DNA from: a virus
Virus record (IMG/VR): IMGVR_UViG_3300045988_141580
Reading direction: 5' to 3' (one strand)
DNA: 64,000 nt
Numbering within the stretch: position 1 is the stretch's first letter; the number at the start of each line of letters is the position of its first letter. This document shows, piece by piece, positions 46,094-55,262 of this stretch. The notes below the pieces were generated by a model that saw only the letters and a list, made by a program, of their open reading frames with translations, was not told where the DNA came from and searched no databases. The position numbers and the translations under genes were made by a program.

Positions 46094-46777
46094 CTACATC
46101 GTTGTTGTTATAACGTATCCAGGGACTGGACAGTCCGTGAACGAGCGAGTGTCCTCCTCCGGAGTGTCCGTGAACATAAGTCCCACGAAGGACACGACCT
46201 CACCGTTGACCGTTCTACGAGCCGGAATCCAGTTGATGCCGTTGTTGTCATCACCGTCCTTGACCTTAACCCATACGTATTCGTCCCTTTTAGGCGATTT
46301 GCGAGAGTTTTCCACCACCGTATCACTAACAGGCTCGGTGTAGAAGTTTTCCTCCCCCAGATAGGCGATTCCAAGTATCTCGTAGCCCCTGCGGATGTCA
46401 TCCTGCACATATTCCTCGGAAACGACCTTAATGCGCTTTTCGTTGAGAAGATATGGAGCGGTACTGCATTCATAGATAGTGTTTCTAATTATGTTGTCAC
46501 TATGAATATCTCCCATAATGACCTCATATTTATAGAGATGTTCATTTTTGGTGTGGCGTGACAGCTTCGGCAGATTCTGTGCCACGTTCTCCGTGACTGG
46601 AAAGGCTTCCAGCAAAGTCAGATTCATTTCGGCTTCTCTGGAGTTGTCAATGATGTCCTTGACCTTTCTTTTCAGGCTGTTCTTGCTTGGATTCTCCATA
46701 GGAAAGACCATAACCTTGACATGACCACAGGAGCTATCCATATCCTTGAACACAAAATAATAGTTGACTGAATTCAT
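46094..46777 (-). CDS. Hypothetical protein
   Basis: ORF trimmed to the internal ATG (MNSVNYYF). Confidence 0.6.
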   Translation of the reverse strand: MNSVNYYFVFKDMDSSCGHVKVMVFPMENPSKNSLKRKVKDIIDNSREAEMNLTLLEAFPVTENVAQNLPKLSRHTKNEHLYKYEVIMGDIHSDNIIRNTIYECSTAPYLLNEKRIKVVSEEYVQDDIRRGYEILGIAYLGEENFYTEPVSDTVVENSRKSPKRDEYVWVKVKDGDDNNGINWIPARRTVNGEVVSFVGLMFTDTPEEDTRSFTDCPVPGYVITTTM

Positions 46778-46822
46778 AATTCTAAATATTATATTGATGA
46801 TATAACTGATATTCATAAGAAA

Positions 46823-46842
46823 TTCGGGGATTACTCCCCGAA
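46823..46842 (-). terminator. Rho-independent terminator after the HAD phosphatase gene
   Basis: ttcgggga/tccccgaa 8-bp stem with a 4-nt loop; on the minus strand it is followed by TTTCTTAT. Confidence 0.65.
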
Positions 46843-46846
46843 AATC

Positions 46847-47617
46847 TTAGTTTTTCAGTTTTTCTTTCTCAGCCGCCTTTTTCGCGAATGGAGGAACGAC
46901 CACCTTGGCTTCCTTCTTCAGTTTTGGTATGTTCTCAGGTTCCGGAGCCGCATCAAGTTTTGGAGGCAGAAACTTGCTCGGCACGATGTCCCACTCGGTC
47001 TCACCGTTCTCGTCAGTGTGTTCACGCACTATCTGCACGGCCTCCGCCTTGGTGAGAATGCGACCGTCATAGTCAGAACAGTCCTTCTTGCTGACAATGC
47101 GATATGTCGGAGGGTCAATGTGCATACGAAGAAAGTCCTCCACAGGCACAAAGTCACAGCCGAAGTTCTCTGCCGTTCTACGTTCCGTGTCAATAAGCGT
47201 GTCACCGATGTAGACACATTCCTCCTTGGTGAACTTATAGTCCTTGACTATCTGCTCGAACTCGTCCAGCATAGTGGTCAGCATCGCTGTGTTTGGCTTG
47301 CGTCCCTCGAACTTCGGGTTCTGGGTCGGGCAGAATCTTCCTGTTACAAAAGTGTGCAGTCCAAGAAATTCCTGCAGAGCCGCCAGAATATACATAAACT
47401 TGTGCTGAAAGAGTGTCGGATTGACATGCCCTGCCTCAATGCCGCCCTGATTGGACACGATGAACACCGCATTAGGTGCAAGCATCTTTATCTTGGCAAA
47501 CACGTCCAGTCGAAGTGTCATGTCATATATGCCCAGAGGAAATGCCCCACCTGACACTGTCTTGATTAGAGTGTCGTCCATGTCGACGAACACGATTCTT
47601 TTTTCGGATAGTTTCAT
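46847..47617 (-). CDS. HAD-superfamily phosphatase (GmhB / polynucleotide 3'-phosphatase-like)
   Basis: FVDMDDTLIKT (DxDxT) and FIVSNQGGI motifs. Confidence 0.7.
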   Translation of the reverse strand: MKLSEKRIVFVDMDDTLIKTVSGGAFPLGIYDMTLRLDVFAKIKMLAPNAVFIVSNQGGIEAGHVNPTLFQHKFMYILAALQEFLGLHTFVTGRFCPTQNPKFEGRKPNTAMLTTMLDEFEQIVKDYKFTKEECVYIGDTLIDTERRTAENFGCDFVPVEDFLRMHIDPPTYRIVSKKDCSDYDGRILTKAEAVQIVREHTDENGETEWDIVPSKFLPPKLDAAPEPENIPKLKKEAKVVVPPFAKKAAEKEKLKN

Positions 47618-47622
47618 TCTTA

Positions 47623-48042
47623 TTACTGTTTATTGTTCTTGATTTCGATTATCTTACCGTTTATAAGGTCATAGTTCGCTGGACTTGTCTCCAGTGCGTG
47701 ACTTTGAAACTGTGCAAGGAACCTGCTGATGGCAATCATGTCATTCTTAGGTAGAGAGATGAACTTCACATAGTCTATCTGCTCACCCTGAATGGAGATT
47801 ACAGCCCAGTTCTCCGCCTTTTTAGGCAGATTGGCCGACACTGAAATGCCTCCCAGTAGGGATTTCAACTTCTTCTCATAGACGTTGAGTTGGTTCTGAA
47901 GGATGCGTAGATCCTCAATCTCCTTCTGCATCTGTGTGGTCGTTCGTTGCTGCTGCTCACAGGTGGTTCTCATGTTGTCGAACTCCTCACTGAAAGCCCA
48001 TTCAAGGAACCCCTTAAATCTTTTCTTTATCCACTTCTTCAT
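47623..48042 (-). CDS. Hypothetical coiled-coil protein
   Basis: 139-aa ORF. Confidence 0.7.
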   Translation of the reverse strand: MKKWIKKRFKGFLEWAFSEEFDNMRTTCEQQQRTTTQMQKEIEDLRILQNQLNVYEKKLKSLLGGISVSANLPKKAENWAVISIQGEQIDYVKFISLPKNDMIAISRFLAQFQSHALETSPANYDLINGKIIEIKNNKQ

Positions 48043-48050
48043 GATATACG

Positions 48051-48536
48051 TTACTGTTTGATTTGATTTTCCACGATGGTGATGTGACCCTCTGCCCGAA
48101 GCCTGTCCCAGTCCTCACGGCTATACGTCACAAGGGAGAATTCCATCAGATAGTGGAGGTAGGACGGCCACATACGCTCCCCCTTGCGTCTCTCGGCGAG
48201 AACTTTCTTGCCGTAACTCCAGAAGGAGGAATATGAACAGACCGTGACAGTATTTGGCGTCTCTATGAGGTAGAGCTGCTCCGTTGGAAATGGCGTTTCC
48301 ATATTCGTGGAGCGAGCTGACGCCTGACGGAACGTGTATGTCTGCCCTGTGACGTCCACGACAATGTTGCTGTGGTGTTTTGGCCACACACCGTCCATCC
48401 AGATGACATCCGGCCACCATCTATGATAAAAGTCAATGTGATTGAACAGATCAAATTCCACAGGCTGAATCTCAAAACGTGCATTCCATTTGGGAACGGC
48501 TGCTGTCGCTGCTGATTTCTTTCTTGATGCTGCCAT
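48051..48536 (-). CDS. Hypothetical protein
   Basis: 161-aa ORF. Confidence 0.7.
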   Translation of the reverse strand: MAASRKKSAATAAVPKWNARFEIQPVEFDLFNHIDFYHRWWPDVIWMDGVWPKHHSNIVVDVTGQTYTFRQASARSTNMETPFPTEQLYLIETPNTVTVCSYSSFWSYGKKVLAERRKGERMWPSYLHYLMEFSLVTYSREDWDRLRAEGHITIVENQIKQ

Positions 48537-48541
48537 GACTG

Positions 48542-48880
48542 TTATTTCTTAGATTCTGTTGGTGCTGCCTTACGCTTGCGTGGTGGAATGGCCTCGTAGG
48601 AGCCGTCCTCCATCAGGTGGAGCTTCAGTTTTTTTCTGGTGCTGAACGCCAGAGAGCGTGTTTCCGTTGTCATCGTAACCTTGCCTGTTTTAGGGTTGCG
48701 ACACTTTCTTGCCGCAAACGTCTTACGACTGAACTTTCCAAACGGTGTTATCACCTCCACTCCCTCACCCAGAGTTTTCTCCTTCAGGACATCTGAAAGT
48801 GACTCCAGACAGGATCTTACTTCCTTGGGCTTCACGGACGCTCTGTCCGCTATCTCCCTACATAATTCTGACTGTCTCAT
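48542..48880 (-). CDS. HU/IHF-family DNA-binding protein
   Basis: ELCREIADRASVKPKEVRSCLESLSDVL...FGKFSRKTFAARKCRNPKTGKVTMTTETRSLAF matches the HU fold pattern. Start set at MRQSEL. Confidence 0.7.
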   Translation of the reverse strand: MRQSELCREIADRASVKPKEVRSCLESLSDVLKEKTLGEGVEVITPFGKFSRKTFAARKCRNPKTGKVTMTTETRSLAFSTRKKLKLHLMEDGSYEAIPPRKRKAAPTESKK

Positions 48881-48946
48881 ATCGTAAAAATGTTTATAAC
48901 TGAGACTTAACGTGCATTCCATGGAATATTCCCTGGACAAATCCGT

Positions 48947-49339
48947 TTAATTTGCAAGTAGAGGCCTAAATTCGGTGCTGTCGTGCTGCCTGTATGAGCG
49001 ATGTGTGCACTGTTCACGCCATCCAGCAATCCACTGTTCACAGGTTAGAGCGCTGTCATCAGCAAGATTTATGTTCGTCGTCTCCACGTCAGCGTTCTCT
49101 ATCTTCAGCCCATAGTTCTCCTCCAGAGTGCCGTCCATAAGATTCGCTATTGATGGAGGGAGATTGTTCTCCTTGATCCACCGCCACCACAGAGGAGTGC
49201 GAAAGATGGAGAGCTGTGTTCTGACGAACACGGGCTTCCCGACAACACGTGTAATGTAATACAGGACGAGTGTGACGTTGTCCGGAACCACGAGACAGTG
49301 CGGATGAAATCGCTCCGCTCTACCTTTGTTGCTCATCAT
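48947..49339 (-). CDS. Hypothetical protein
   Basis: 130-aa ORF. Confidence 0.65.
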   Translation of the reverse strand: MMSNKGRAERFHPHCLVVPDNVTLVLYYITRVVGKPVFVRTQLSIFRTPLWWRWIKENNLPPSIANLMDGTLEENYGLKIENADVETTNINLADDSALTCEQWIAGWREQCTHRSYRQHDSTEFRPLLAN

Positions 49340-49475
49340 TCCCCCTCCTGAATATATAGTGATACATTCCGTCCATACACGAGTAGAGGGCTGACTTCAG
49401 TTCCCACCCCTGATCCTCCATCTGCTGAAAGAAGTCTTCGCTCCGATCGGTTCTTGACTTGATTATTCTCCACAT
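49320..49475 (-). CDS. Small 51-aa ORF between the endolysin and the next gene (not in the track)
   Basis: Manual translation MWRIIKSRTDRSEDFFQQMEDQGWELKSALYSCMDGMYHYIFRRGNDEQQR. Confidence 0.35.
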   Translation of the reverse strand: MWRIIKSRTDRSEDFFQQMEDQGWELKSALYSCMDGMYHYIFRRGNDEQQR

Positions 49476-49480
49476 AACGC

Positions 49481-49996
49481 CTAAAGATTGTACTTGCGAA
49501 TGATCGATTTCAGCTTGGCCGTGTAGGAGCCGTCCTCAGCGTATATTCTATCCAGCAAGGCGAGATAGGCCTCATCAGAGAGGTTACGTCCATAGGCGCT
49601 CTGCCACAGAGCATAGTCGGCGATGCAGTCATGCCATGATTTAAATCTGGCGTGTCCTCTGCACACACCTACTGCAAATGTCGGTCGCTGCCCTGGAACT
49701 TTCATCCCGAGGCAATTGTTGCCCTCCTTGAACAGGTCGGAGGTGAATTCACCGCTCTCCAGTATGCACTGAGCCATAACGATGTCAGGATGATCCAGAC
49801 GGAGCTGGAAGATTCTGTCATAGACGGACTCCATGATCTCAGCGTTCTGAACGCTGTTGCTGAAGTGAGTTTCCTTCTCACGCTCATCAGTCACCTCGTC
49901 AGTCTTGTGCGTGCATCGTGACACACCTACCATAGTGCCCACAAGTGCCGCTATTCCAAGCACGACAGGCCATAGAGTTCCTTTCTTCATAATCAT
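49481..49996 (-). CDS. Endolysin, glucosaminidase family, with N-terminal signal-anchor
   Basis: DIVMAQCILESGEFTSDLFKEGNNCLGMK motif; N-terminal hydrophobic LWPVVLGIAALVGTMVGV. Confidence 0.7.
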   Translation of the reverse strand: MIMKKGTLWPVVLGIAALVGTMVGVSRCTHKTDEVTDEREKETHFSNSVQNAEIMESVYDRIFQLRLDHPDIVMAQCILESGEFTSDLFKEGNNCLGMKVPGQRPTFAVGVCRGHARFKSWHDCIADYALWQSAYGRNLSDEAYLALLDRIYAEDGSYTAKLKSIIRKYNL

Positions 49997-50012
49997 TTCT
50001 ATTTTAGTTTAA

Positions 50013-50174
50013 CTAATTGGCTATTAAGCATAGAACTCCCACCATAGCAAAGGCCAGAAATGCCCCCACGATGACCGCTCCAAGCATTATGGCGACCACG
50101 GCCATCATCCTGCTGACGATGTTCAGGCCACCAAGCCACAGAAGTGTTCTATCCACTATTTCCTCCATTCTCAT
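50013..50174 (-). CDS. Holin candidate
   Basis: 53 aa from MRMEE. The hydrophobic C-terminal stretch MMAVVAIMLGAVIVGAFLAFAMVGVLCLI sits directly upstream of the endolysin. Confidence 0.5.
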   Translation of the reverse strand: MRMEEIVDRTLLWLGGLNIVSRMMAVVAIMLGAVIVGAFLAFAMVGVLCLIAN

Positions 50175-50196
50175 AATATGTGGTTTATAAACGGAA

Positions 50197-50667
50197 TCAA
50201 AGATAGGTATTTGGCGTGAATTCTCTGTCATATAACTCCTCTGCGTTAAACAGGACGGGATACTCCGCCATAGAATCATTGATTTTCGTGGTGAAGTCCG
50301 GCCAGTAGTCTATGTCCACCACACAGAGCATTCCAGCGACCTCTGACCACCGAAGCACATTCTTCGGCATCCAGGCCACACCGAGATCCAGATTTAATAT
50401 ACGCACGGCCTTGTCGGTGCAGTGCGTGACAGCCGCCGTGACCATTCTGCCGTTCACAAGCAAACGGACAAGACCTGAACAGTGCATATAGGAGCGGATG
50501 CGTGGTCGTGCCACGGCTCCCGAGTTTTCCGCCCTTTGGGCGACTTCCGCTCCTCGTTCCTGAGGTGTGCATCGGAGCGTTACCGTTCCGTCCTCATTGG
50601 CCGTTATTTCGGTCACGCTGTAGTTCCTTGCCCATCCGTCAAGGGTGATTGTAAGCTCCTTCGTCAT
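50197..50667 (-). CDS. Hypothetical protein
   Basis: Start set at MTKELTI (ATG 50667), behind the promoter cassette. Confidence 0.65.
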   Translation of the reverse strand: MTKELTITLDGWARNYSVTEITANEDGTVTLRCTPQERGAEVAQRAENSGAVARPRIRSYMHCSGLVRLLVNGRMVTAAVTHCTDKAVRILNLDLGVAWMPKNVLRWSEVAGMLCVVDIDYWPDFTTKINDSMAEYPVLFNAEELYDREFTPNTYL

Positions 50668-50689
50668 ATCGTATGTGTTTAATTCGTGT

Positions 50690-50722
50690 GCAAATATAAG
50701 GCTGCTCCTTGGATATCCAAGG
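50690..50722 (-). promoter_or_regulatory. Phage promoter cassette copy with a perfect 16-bp palindrome
   Basis: CCTTGGATATCCAAGG then TATATTTGC. Confidence 0.6.
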
Positions 50723-50736
50723 AGCAATCCAGGAAA

Positions 50737-52227
50737 CTATATCTTGAAGTCCGTTACGAAGCCAAGATAGTGCTTCGCTCTTGTGTAGGCCACGTAGATG
50801 AGATTGTGCTCCTGTTCGGCCATCCACGAAATCTTCATTGACCGCTTAAGCAAGAACTTGTCCGGACACAGAATGAACACCCTGTCAGCCTCCAGCCCCT
50901 TGGACTTGTGAACGGTTGACAGGCAGATGCCCTGCTTGCTCTCGTCACTGAAGATGGCGTTGATGCGATCACAGACCTCCTCAACCTTGGTGAGACCCTC
51001 ACTGATGACCTCAATGGCCTTAATCTTGTCAGCATAGAGAACGTAGGACGTGTGCTGGACGGCCTCGTCAGCGGTCAGACCAGTGGTCTTTACAATTTCG
51101 GCCTGAACACGAGCCAGCTCCTTCTCCAGAACCTTGAGTGCGTCCTTGATGCGGACACGTTTGGTCTTCTGAAGCATATTGACAAGGTTGGTTCCAATGT
51201 CACGACCCTTGATGTAGGCCTTGACCCCCTCACCTATCCACTTGATGCAGAGAGCGACCAGAGGTGCTGACAGACGACACAGCACCATATCACCGTCCTT
51301 GATGTCGGCCACCTTGGCCTCATCGTTCACGATGCCGTCAGGCGCTCCCTCACGCCATTCTATCTGTGGAACCTCGGCCTGTGCCCTTTTGATAATCCCT
51401 CTGTCACAGCGATAGCACACGGACAGCGGAAGCTCCACCGTGTCAGGAAGAGACTTCAGGAGATTGAATGACTCCACGTCCGCTCCAGCGAAGCCGTATA
51501 TCGCCTGACGAGGATCTCCTACCGCCACGAAGCGACCGTTGCGCTTGATGGTCTTTAGAAAGAGGGTTCTCTGTGCCGCATTCAAGTCCTGGCACTCGTC
51601 AATGAGAACGAGGTCATACTTGAAGAATCGCACCTCACTGAAGTAGCACGGGAGGTAGATCATGTCCGTGAAGTCAATGGTGGACAGACCGCTCTCACTG
51701 CGACCCCAGACGATAGCGTTCAGGGCGAGCTGAATCTCATTGTCGTGCAGGAACAGACCGTGCTTCTGAGCCACGGCAGCGACCTCCTGAGCGGACTGAC
51801 ACAGGTTGACACGTGCAAGGTCGATGAGATCCAGCACATTGCTTCTGTACTCGGACCTCTCCTCCAGTGACAGTTCACGTGTCGGTGCGTATGCTCCGGA
51901 CTTCAACTGCTCCGTGACATACTGACGATACTTGCTGCTGTTGATGTCACCTATGGAGAGCTGCTTACGAAGAGCCGAGCACCCAAGTGAATGCAGTGTT
52001 CTGACGTCCACGTTGCTGAATCGGGAGGTCTTTATCTTGAGTTCCTCCACGATTGACTTGTTGAACGCCAGAAAGAGAACCCTGCTTGTGGCTGGAACAC
52101 GTTCCAGAAGACTGATTAGGGTCGTTGTCTTGCCGCTTCCAGCGACAGCGTTGATAACCACATTGCCTGACCCCTTTTCGATGAAGTCGTAGATGCGCTG
52201 CTGATACTTGCTTGGTGTGAATCCCAT
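50737..52227 (-). CDS. UvrD/PcrA-like superfamily 1 DNA helicase
   Basis: Walker A AVAGSGKTT, DExx LIDECQD, and C-terminal VHKSKGLEADRVFIL. Confidence 0.8.
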   Translation of the reverse strand: MGFTPSKYQQRIYDFIEKGSGNVVINAVAGSGKTTTLISLLERVPATSRVLFLAFNKSIVEELKIKTSRFSNVDVRTLHSLGCSALRKQLSIGDINSSKYRQYVTEQLKSGAYAPTRELSLEERSEYRSNVLDLIDLARVNLCQSAQEVAAVAQKHGLFLHDNEIQLALNAIVWGRSESGLSTIDFTDMIYLPCYFSEVRFFKYDLVLIDECQDLNAAQRTLFLKTIKRNGRFVAVGDPRQAIYGFAGADVESFNLLKSLPDTVELPLSVCYRCDRGIIKRAQAEVPQIEWREGAPDGIVNDEAKVADIKDGDMVLCRLSAPLVALCIKWIGEGVKAYIKGRDIGTNLVNMLQKTKRVRIKDALKVLEKELARVQAEIVKTTGLTADEAVQHTSYVLYADKIKAIEVISEGLTKVEEVCDRINAIFSDESKQGICLSTVHKSKGLEADRVFILCPDKFLLKRSMKISWMAEQEHNLIYVAYTRAKHYLGFVTDFKI

Positions 52228-52255
52228 GATGTAAGTGATTTAATGATTAACTGCC

Positions 52256-52288
52256 GCAAAGGTAGTCATTATTCTGGAATATCCAAGG
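52256..52288 (-). promoter_or_regulatory. Phage promoter cassette copy
   Basis: CCTTGGATATTCCAGAA-N7-TACCTTTGC with leader GGCAGTTAATCATTAAATCACTTACATC-ATG. Confidence 0.65.
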
Positions 52289-52289
52289 A

Positions 52290-52652
52290 CTAATCCGTAG
52301 TTTCTATGAAATAATTTAATTCCTCGTCCTTGAGGTTGTCCAGTGCGTACTCTCTTGCCTGATAAAAGAGGTTCTGATACAGCATTGATGTGTCATCGTC
52401 ACCCTGATTGTACCAATCCCAGCACTTCCAGTTCAGCACGAGGACAAGCTCCGTGAGATACCTGTACTTGTCTGACCACTCCTTGAATACCCTGTCAAAC
52501 GTCTCCTGGATGCCCTTTAGGCCACCCATCTTTTCAGCGATGGAGAAGTCCTGCCAGAACGTTGTCTCAGGCTTGTAGCCTGTCTGCTGTTCAATAGTCC
52601 ACACAGGGACTCTGATGTTGATTCCGAAAATATTTACCGTCGTGTTGTTCAT
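52290..52652 (-). CDS. Hypothetical protein
   Basis: 120-aa ORF. Confidence 0.7.
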   Translation of the reverse strand: MNNTTVNIFGINIRVPVWTIEQQTGYKPETTFWQDFSIAEKMGGLKGIQETFDRVFKEWSDKYRYLTELVLVLNWKCWDWYNQGDDDTSMLYQNLFYQAREYALDNLKDEELNYFIETTD

Positions 52653-52665
52653 AATGTGCTCCTCC

Positions 52666-53022
52666 TTATCTTACTTCAATTCTATCGTGGAACATAGGAT
52701 CAACGGCCGCCTTTGCGGTAAGAATTCCTCTATCAAAGTCACTGCCATAAGCCTGAAGGAACTCCTGAAAGTTGCTTTCCTCCACATAGTCGGAGTACCT
52801 GTTAAGAACGTCATAGGAGTTGTTCACAGCTCTTACGAGCGACTTGAGGCTCTTTGGTTCCCTGGAAATGGAGGGCTTCCAGGAATGACCGCATTCAAGC
52901 GTATAGCCGAACACCTCACTGACGAGACCTGCGAGTGTGCCGTAATAGATGCAAGTGGAATCCCTGTGATGCTTCTTGATGAAGATGATGCCCTTCGGGC
53001 TTTGCTTTGAACTGTTTGCCAT
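52666..53022 (-). CDS. Hypothetical protein
   Basis: 118-aa ORF behind a promoter cassette. Confidence 0.7.
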   Translation of the reverse strand: MANSSKQSPKGIIFIKKHHRDSTCIYYGTLAGLVSEVFGYTLECGHSWKPSISREPKSLKSLVRAVNNSYDVLNRYSDYVEESNFQEFLQAYGSDFDRGILTAKAAVDPMFHDRIEVR

Positions 53023-53048
53023 AATGTGTGATGTTTAATGATTACACG

Positions 53049-53081
53049 GCAAAGTTGGGGTGAATTCTTGAAATATCCAAG
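53049..53081 (-). promoter_or_regulatory. Phage promoter cassette copy
   Basis: CTTGGATATTTCAAGAA-N7-CAACTTTGC. Confidence 0.6.
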
Positions 53082-53141
53082 ATGGATTCTAAGAATTATT
53101 CTGAAATTTCATAATATAGGATTCGTGATTCCACTAAAGAA

Positions 53142-53171
53142 AAATAGGAGCGCATCCCTGCGACCCTATTT
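53142..53171 (-). terminator. Rho-independent terminator
   Basis: aaatagg...cctattt stem with an inner cgca/tgcg pairing; on the minus strand it is followed by TTTTTCTTTAG. Confidence 0.55.
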
Positions 53172-53252
53172 CTGATAATCATTAATTCACCTAAGACAAT
53201 TGATTTGTCATTTAGCTATGACTGAACTTATTCAGATATATAACGTTTTTCG

Positions 53253-53483
53253 TTACATTTTTCTCTCGTAGTATGCTATCTTCTTGGATATCCTCACGTA
53301 TCTGTCTCTGTACCATTGAAATAATCCAGGATCCATATTGGCGTCACCGTCTATTTCATTCGTGTAGGTGGTGTAGTCCAGTTGAAGATCCCTTAGATCC
53401 ATCCTCATCTGAAGCCATCGTGATTTCCAGTACCCCTTTCGGGCTATGAGCCGTCTGGCTCGTCGTGTTTGTCGTGTGGTCAT
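53253..53483 (-). CDS. Small basic hypothetical protein
   Basis: 76-aa ORF. Confidence 0.6.
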   Translation of the reverse strand: MTTRQTRRARRLIARKGYWKSRWLQMRMDLRDLQLDYTTYTNEIDGDANMDPGLFQWYRDRYVRISKKIAYYERKM

Positions 53484-53737
53484 AATTTGTCAAAATACTC
53501 GTTTAGAATAAAACTGAATGTCCCGTCCGGCATCTTGACTGCCGTTCTGTCACCAAGGCGAAGTCTCACGTGAGACTTTATCCACCTCTTAAGTCGCTTT
53601 TTGCAATACACCGTGTTTACGGCACGCTCTACTGTTCTTCCATTATAGGAGTGGAAAAGTTCAGGCCCTTCCTGAATACGCCTAACAATCTTCAGTGCTA
53701 TTCTTGCTTTCATAGTCGTAGTGCTCAAAATTGTCAT
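53480..53737 (-). CDS. Small basic hypothetical protein
   Basis: 85-aa ORF. Confidence 0.6.
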   Translation of the reverse strand: MTILSTTTMKARIALKIVRRIQEGPELFHSYNGRTVERAVNTVYCKKRLKRWIKSHVRLRLGDRTAVKMPDGTFSFILNEYFDKL

Positions 53738-54116
53738 TTATCATCCTGTTTCTGAGGGAACCTCTTAGGCTATAAACTGTGTGGCATCGAATGTGATTCA
53801 CCTCGTTCACACGTGGGTTTGACGTGGACTGTTTCCACTGTAGAAGCAATCTGTATCGATTTAAAAGCTTCTCATCCATCGTGCTCTGACACTGTATCCA
53901 CCCGTTGCGGAACCATCTTCGACGTGTGACTGAAAGCATCCGCTTCACCGCCCAGTCATACAGGGCAAGCGTAAAGAACACTATGGAGGTCGTGAATTCG
54001 CAGCACGCCACCTCCCACTTACCTATACACCCATCATAGATGCAGCACGCCAGATTCATCACTCCCATCAGAATGCTGAACCATCTAATCCATCTGTTTA
54101 GCATTGTCTTCTTCAT
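53682..54116 (-). CDS. Hypothetical membrane protein
   Basis: 144 aa with two hydrophobic segments (WFSILMGVMNLACCI, SIVFFTLALYDW). Confidence 0.55.
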   Translation of the reverse strand: MKKTMLNRWIRWFSILMGVMNLACCIYDGCIGKWEVACCEFTTSIVFFTLALYDWAVKRMLSVTRRRWFRNGWIQCQSTMDEKLLNRYRLLLQWKQSTSNPRVNEVNHIRCHTVYSLRGSLRNRMINDNFEHYDYESKNSTEDC

Positions 54117-54438
54117 TTAGTTGTTTAATCATCTCATCAAGCAAGTCCAGCACGTCCCGCACACCCTGACGATATCCAGACCCATAGGACACGCCTATCA
54201 CGTCTTCCACGTTGTATTTCTTCATATTCTCCTCGATGGTGCTCTTTATGTGCGTGAGCGTGACTTTGGTCGTAAACGATGCACATTCTGTCCATCCATC
54301 CAGACGATAGTCGTCAGGTGTTATACCGAACAGGCCTTCCACAAACGTTCTGGCATAGGGGTATCTTCTGCAACCCTCCATCAGCACGTCATCAACGGCC
54401 TTGTGGATTCCTTCTCTACTGTTCCTCTTCCTAACCAT
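54085..54438 (-). CDS. Hypothetical protein
   Basis: 117-aa ORF. Confidence 0.6.
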   Translation of the reverse strand: MVRKRNSREGIHKAVDDVLMEGCRRYPYARTFVEGLFGITPDDYRLDGWTECASFTTKVTLTHIKSTIEENMKKYNVEDVIGVSYGSGYRQGVRDVLDLLDEMIKQLNEEDNAKQMD

Positions 54439-54811
54439 TGCTCACCTCCTTGTCATCGGTGTTAAACATTTCCCACCTGAGAATTCTCCATAGACCAGTT
54501 CTTACCTTTGCATGACCACGATACAGTCCCCACACCCACTTCCTGAACATATCGGCTGAATAGAAGAGTGATTCCGGATGCAGTGACACGAACTTCTCCC
54601 ATACCATATTGCAGTTCAGCAGACGAGTTGGGAACTCCATAAGATCGTTTTGGGTAGGATTCCGTGGAAATGCCTTTTGCGTTAGCACGGCCATCATGGC
54701 GGCTGTCAGCTTCATGACGTCTCCAGGCTCACATCCGTGAGCCATCCACTCACTGTGCATCTCCATAAGCCTGTTCAGCAGAATCTCGGCTTCATTCGTT
54801 CGCTTGTTCAT
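54431..54811 (-). CDS. Hypothetical protein
   Basis: 126-aa ORF. Confidence 0.65.
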   Translation of the reverse strand: MNKRTNEAEILLNRLMEMHSEWMAHGCEPGDVMKLTAAMMAVLTQKAFPRNPTQNDLMEFPTRLLNCNMVWEKFVSLHPESLFYSADMFRKWVWGLYRGHAKVRTGLWRILRWEMFNTDDKEVSNG

Positions 54812-54874
54812 AAATTTAGAATTTTTTATAATAACTATTTTCCTTTTTAGAATGCTGCTTCATATTATTCATTT

Positions 54875-55252
54875 TTAATTTTTCAAATTTACGACCGCTC
54901 TACTGGCATAATAATAATCCATATATGTGTAGTTGCAAAGGCCCGAGCCAAGATGAACGATCAATTCCATATCTGAATCAGACTTCGATGAAGAGCCAAA
55001 CCAAGCAAATGCAAGAGTGTCTCCATTATGCTCTTTGAGTATCTTATTTATTTGATCTCTCTGAAGATACATTTGCAGGAGTTCGTCTTTTGTGGCGATT
55101 TTAACCCCGTTTTTTGCGTATTTCATAAAATCGTGATATGGCATTGCAGGAATATTATCCTTGAGCAACACCTTGTCAATCAATGGGATATATACACCTT
55201 GTTGCCCCTCAACCCAGTAAGGTTGAATTAGCTTCTTTAGTTCATTGTTCAT
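54875..55252 (-). CDS. Hypothetical protein, possibly DUF1566-like
   Basis: ATKDELLQMY...FAWFGSSS...ASRAVVNL loosely resembles the DUF1566 pattern. Confidence 0.5.
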   Translation of the reverse strand: MNNELKKLIQPYWVEGQQGVYIPLIDKVLLKDNIPAMPYHDFMKYAKNGVKIATKDELLQMYLQRDQINKILKEHNGDTLAFAWFGSSSKSDSDMELIVHLGSGLCNYTYMDYYYASRAVVNLKN

Positions 55253-55262
55253 AACCCCTCCG

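Noticed and set aside
966-47554. Long antisense or alternative-frame track ORFs inside larger genes, e.g. 966..1526, 8877..9593, 23832..24371, 23896..24522, 29384..29929, 32046..32471, 40724..41305, 47018..47554.
   Set aside because: Each is fully embedded in a longer ORF with recognisable motifs or operon context. Their compositions are low-complexity (Ser/Pro/Leu/Arg-rich), typical of shadow frames.
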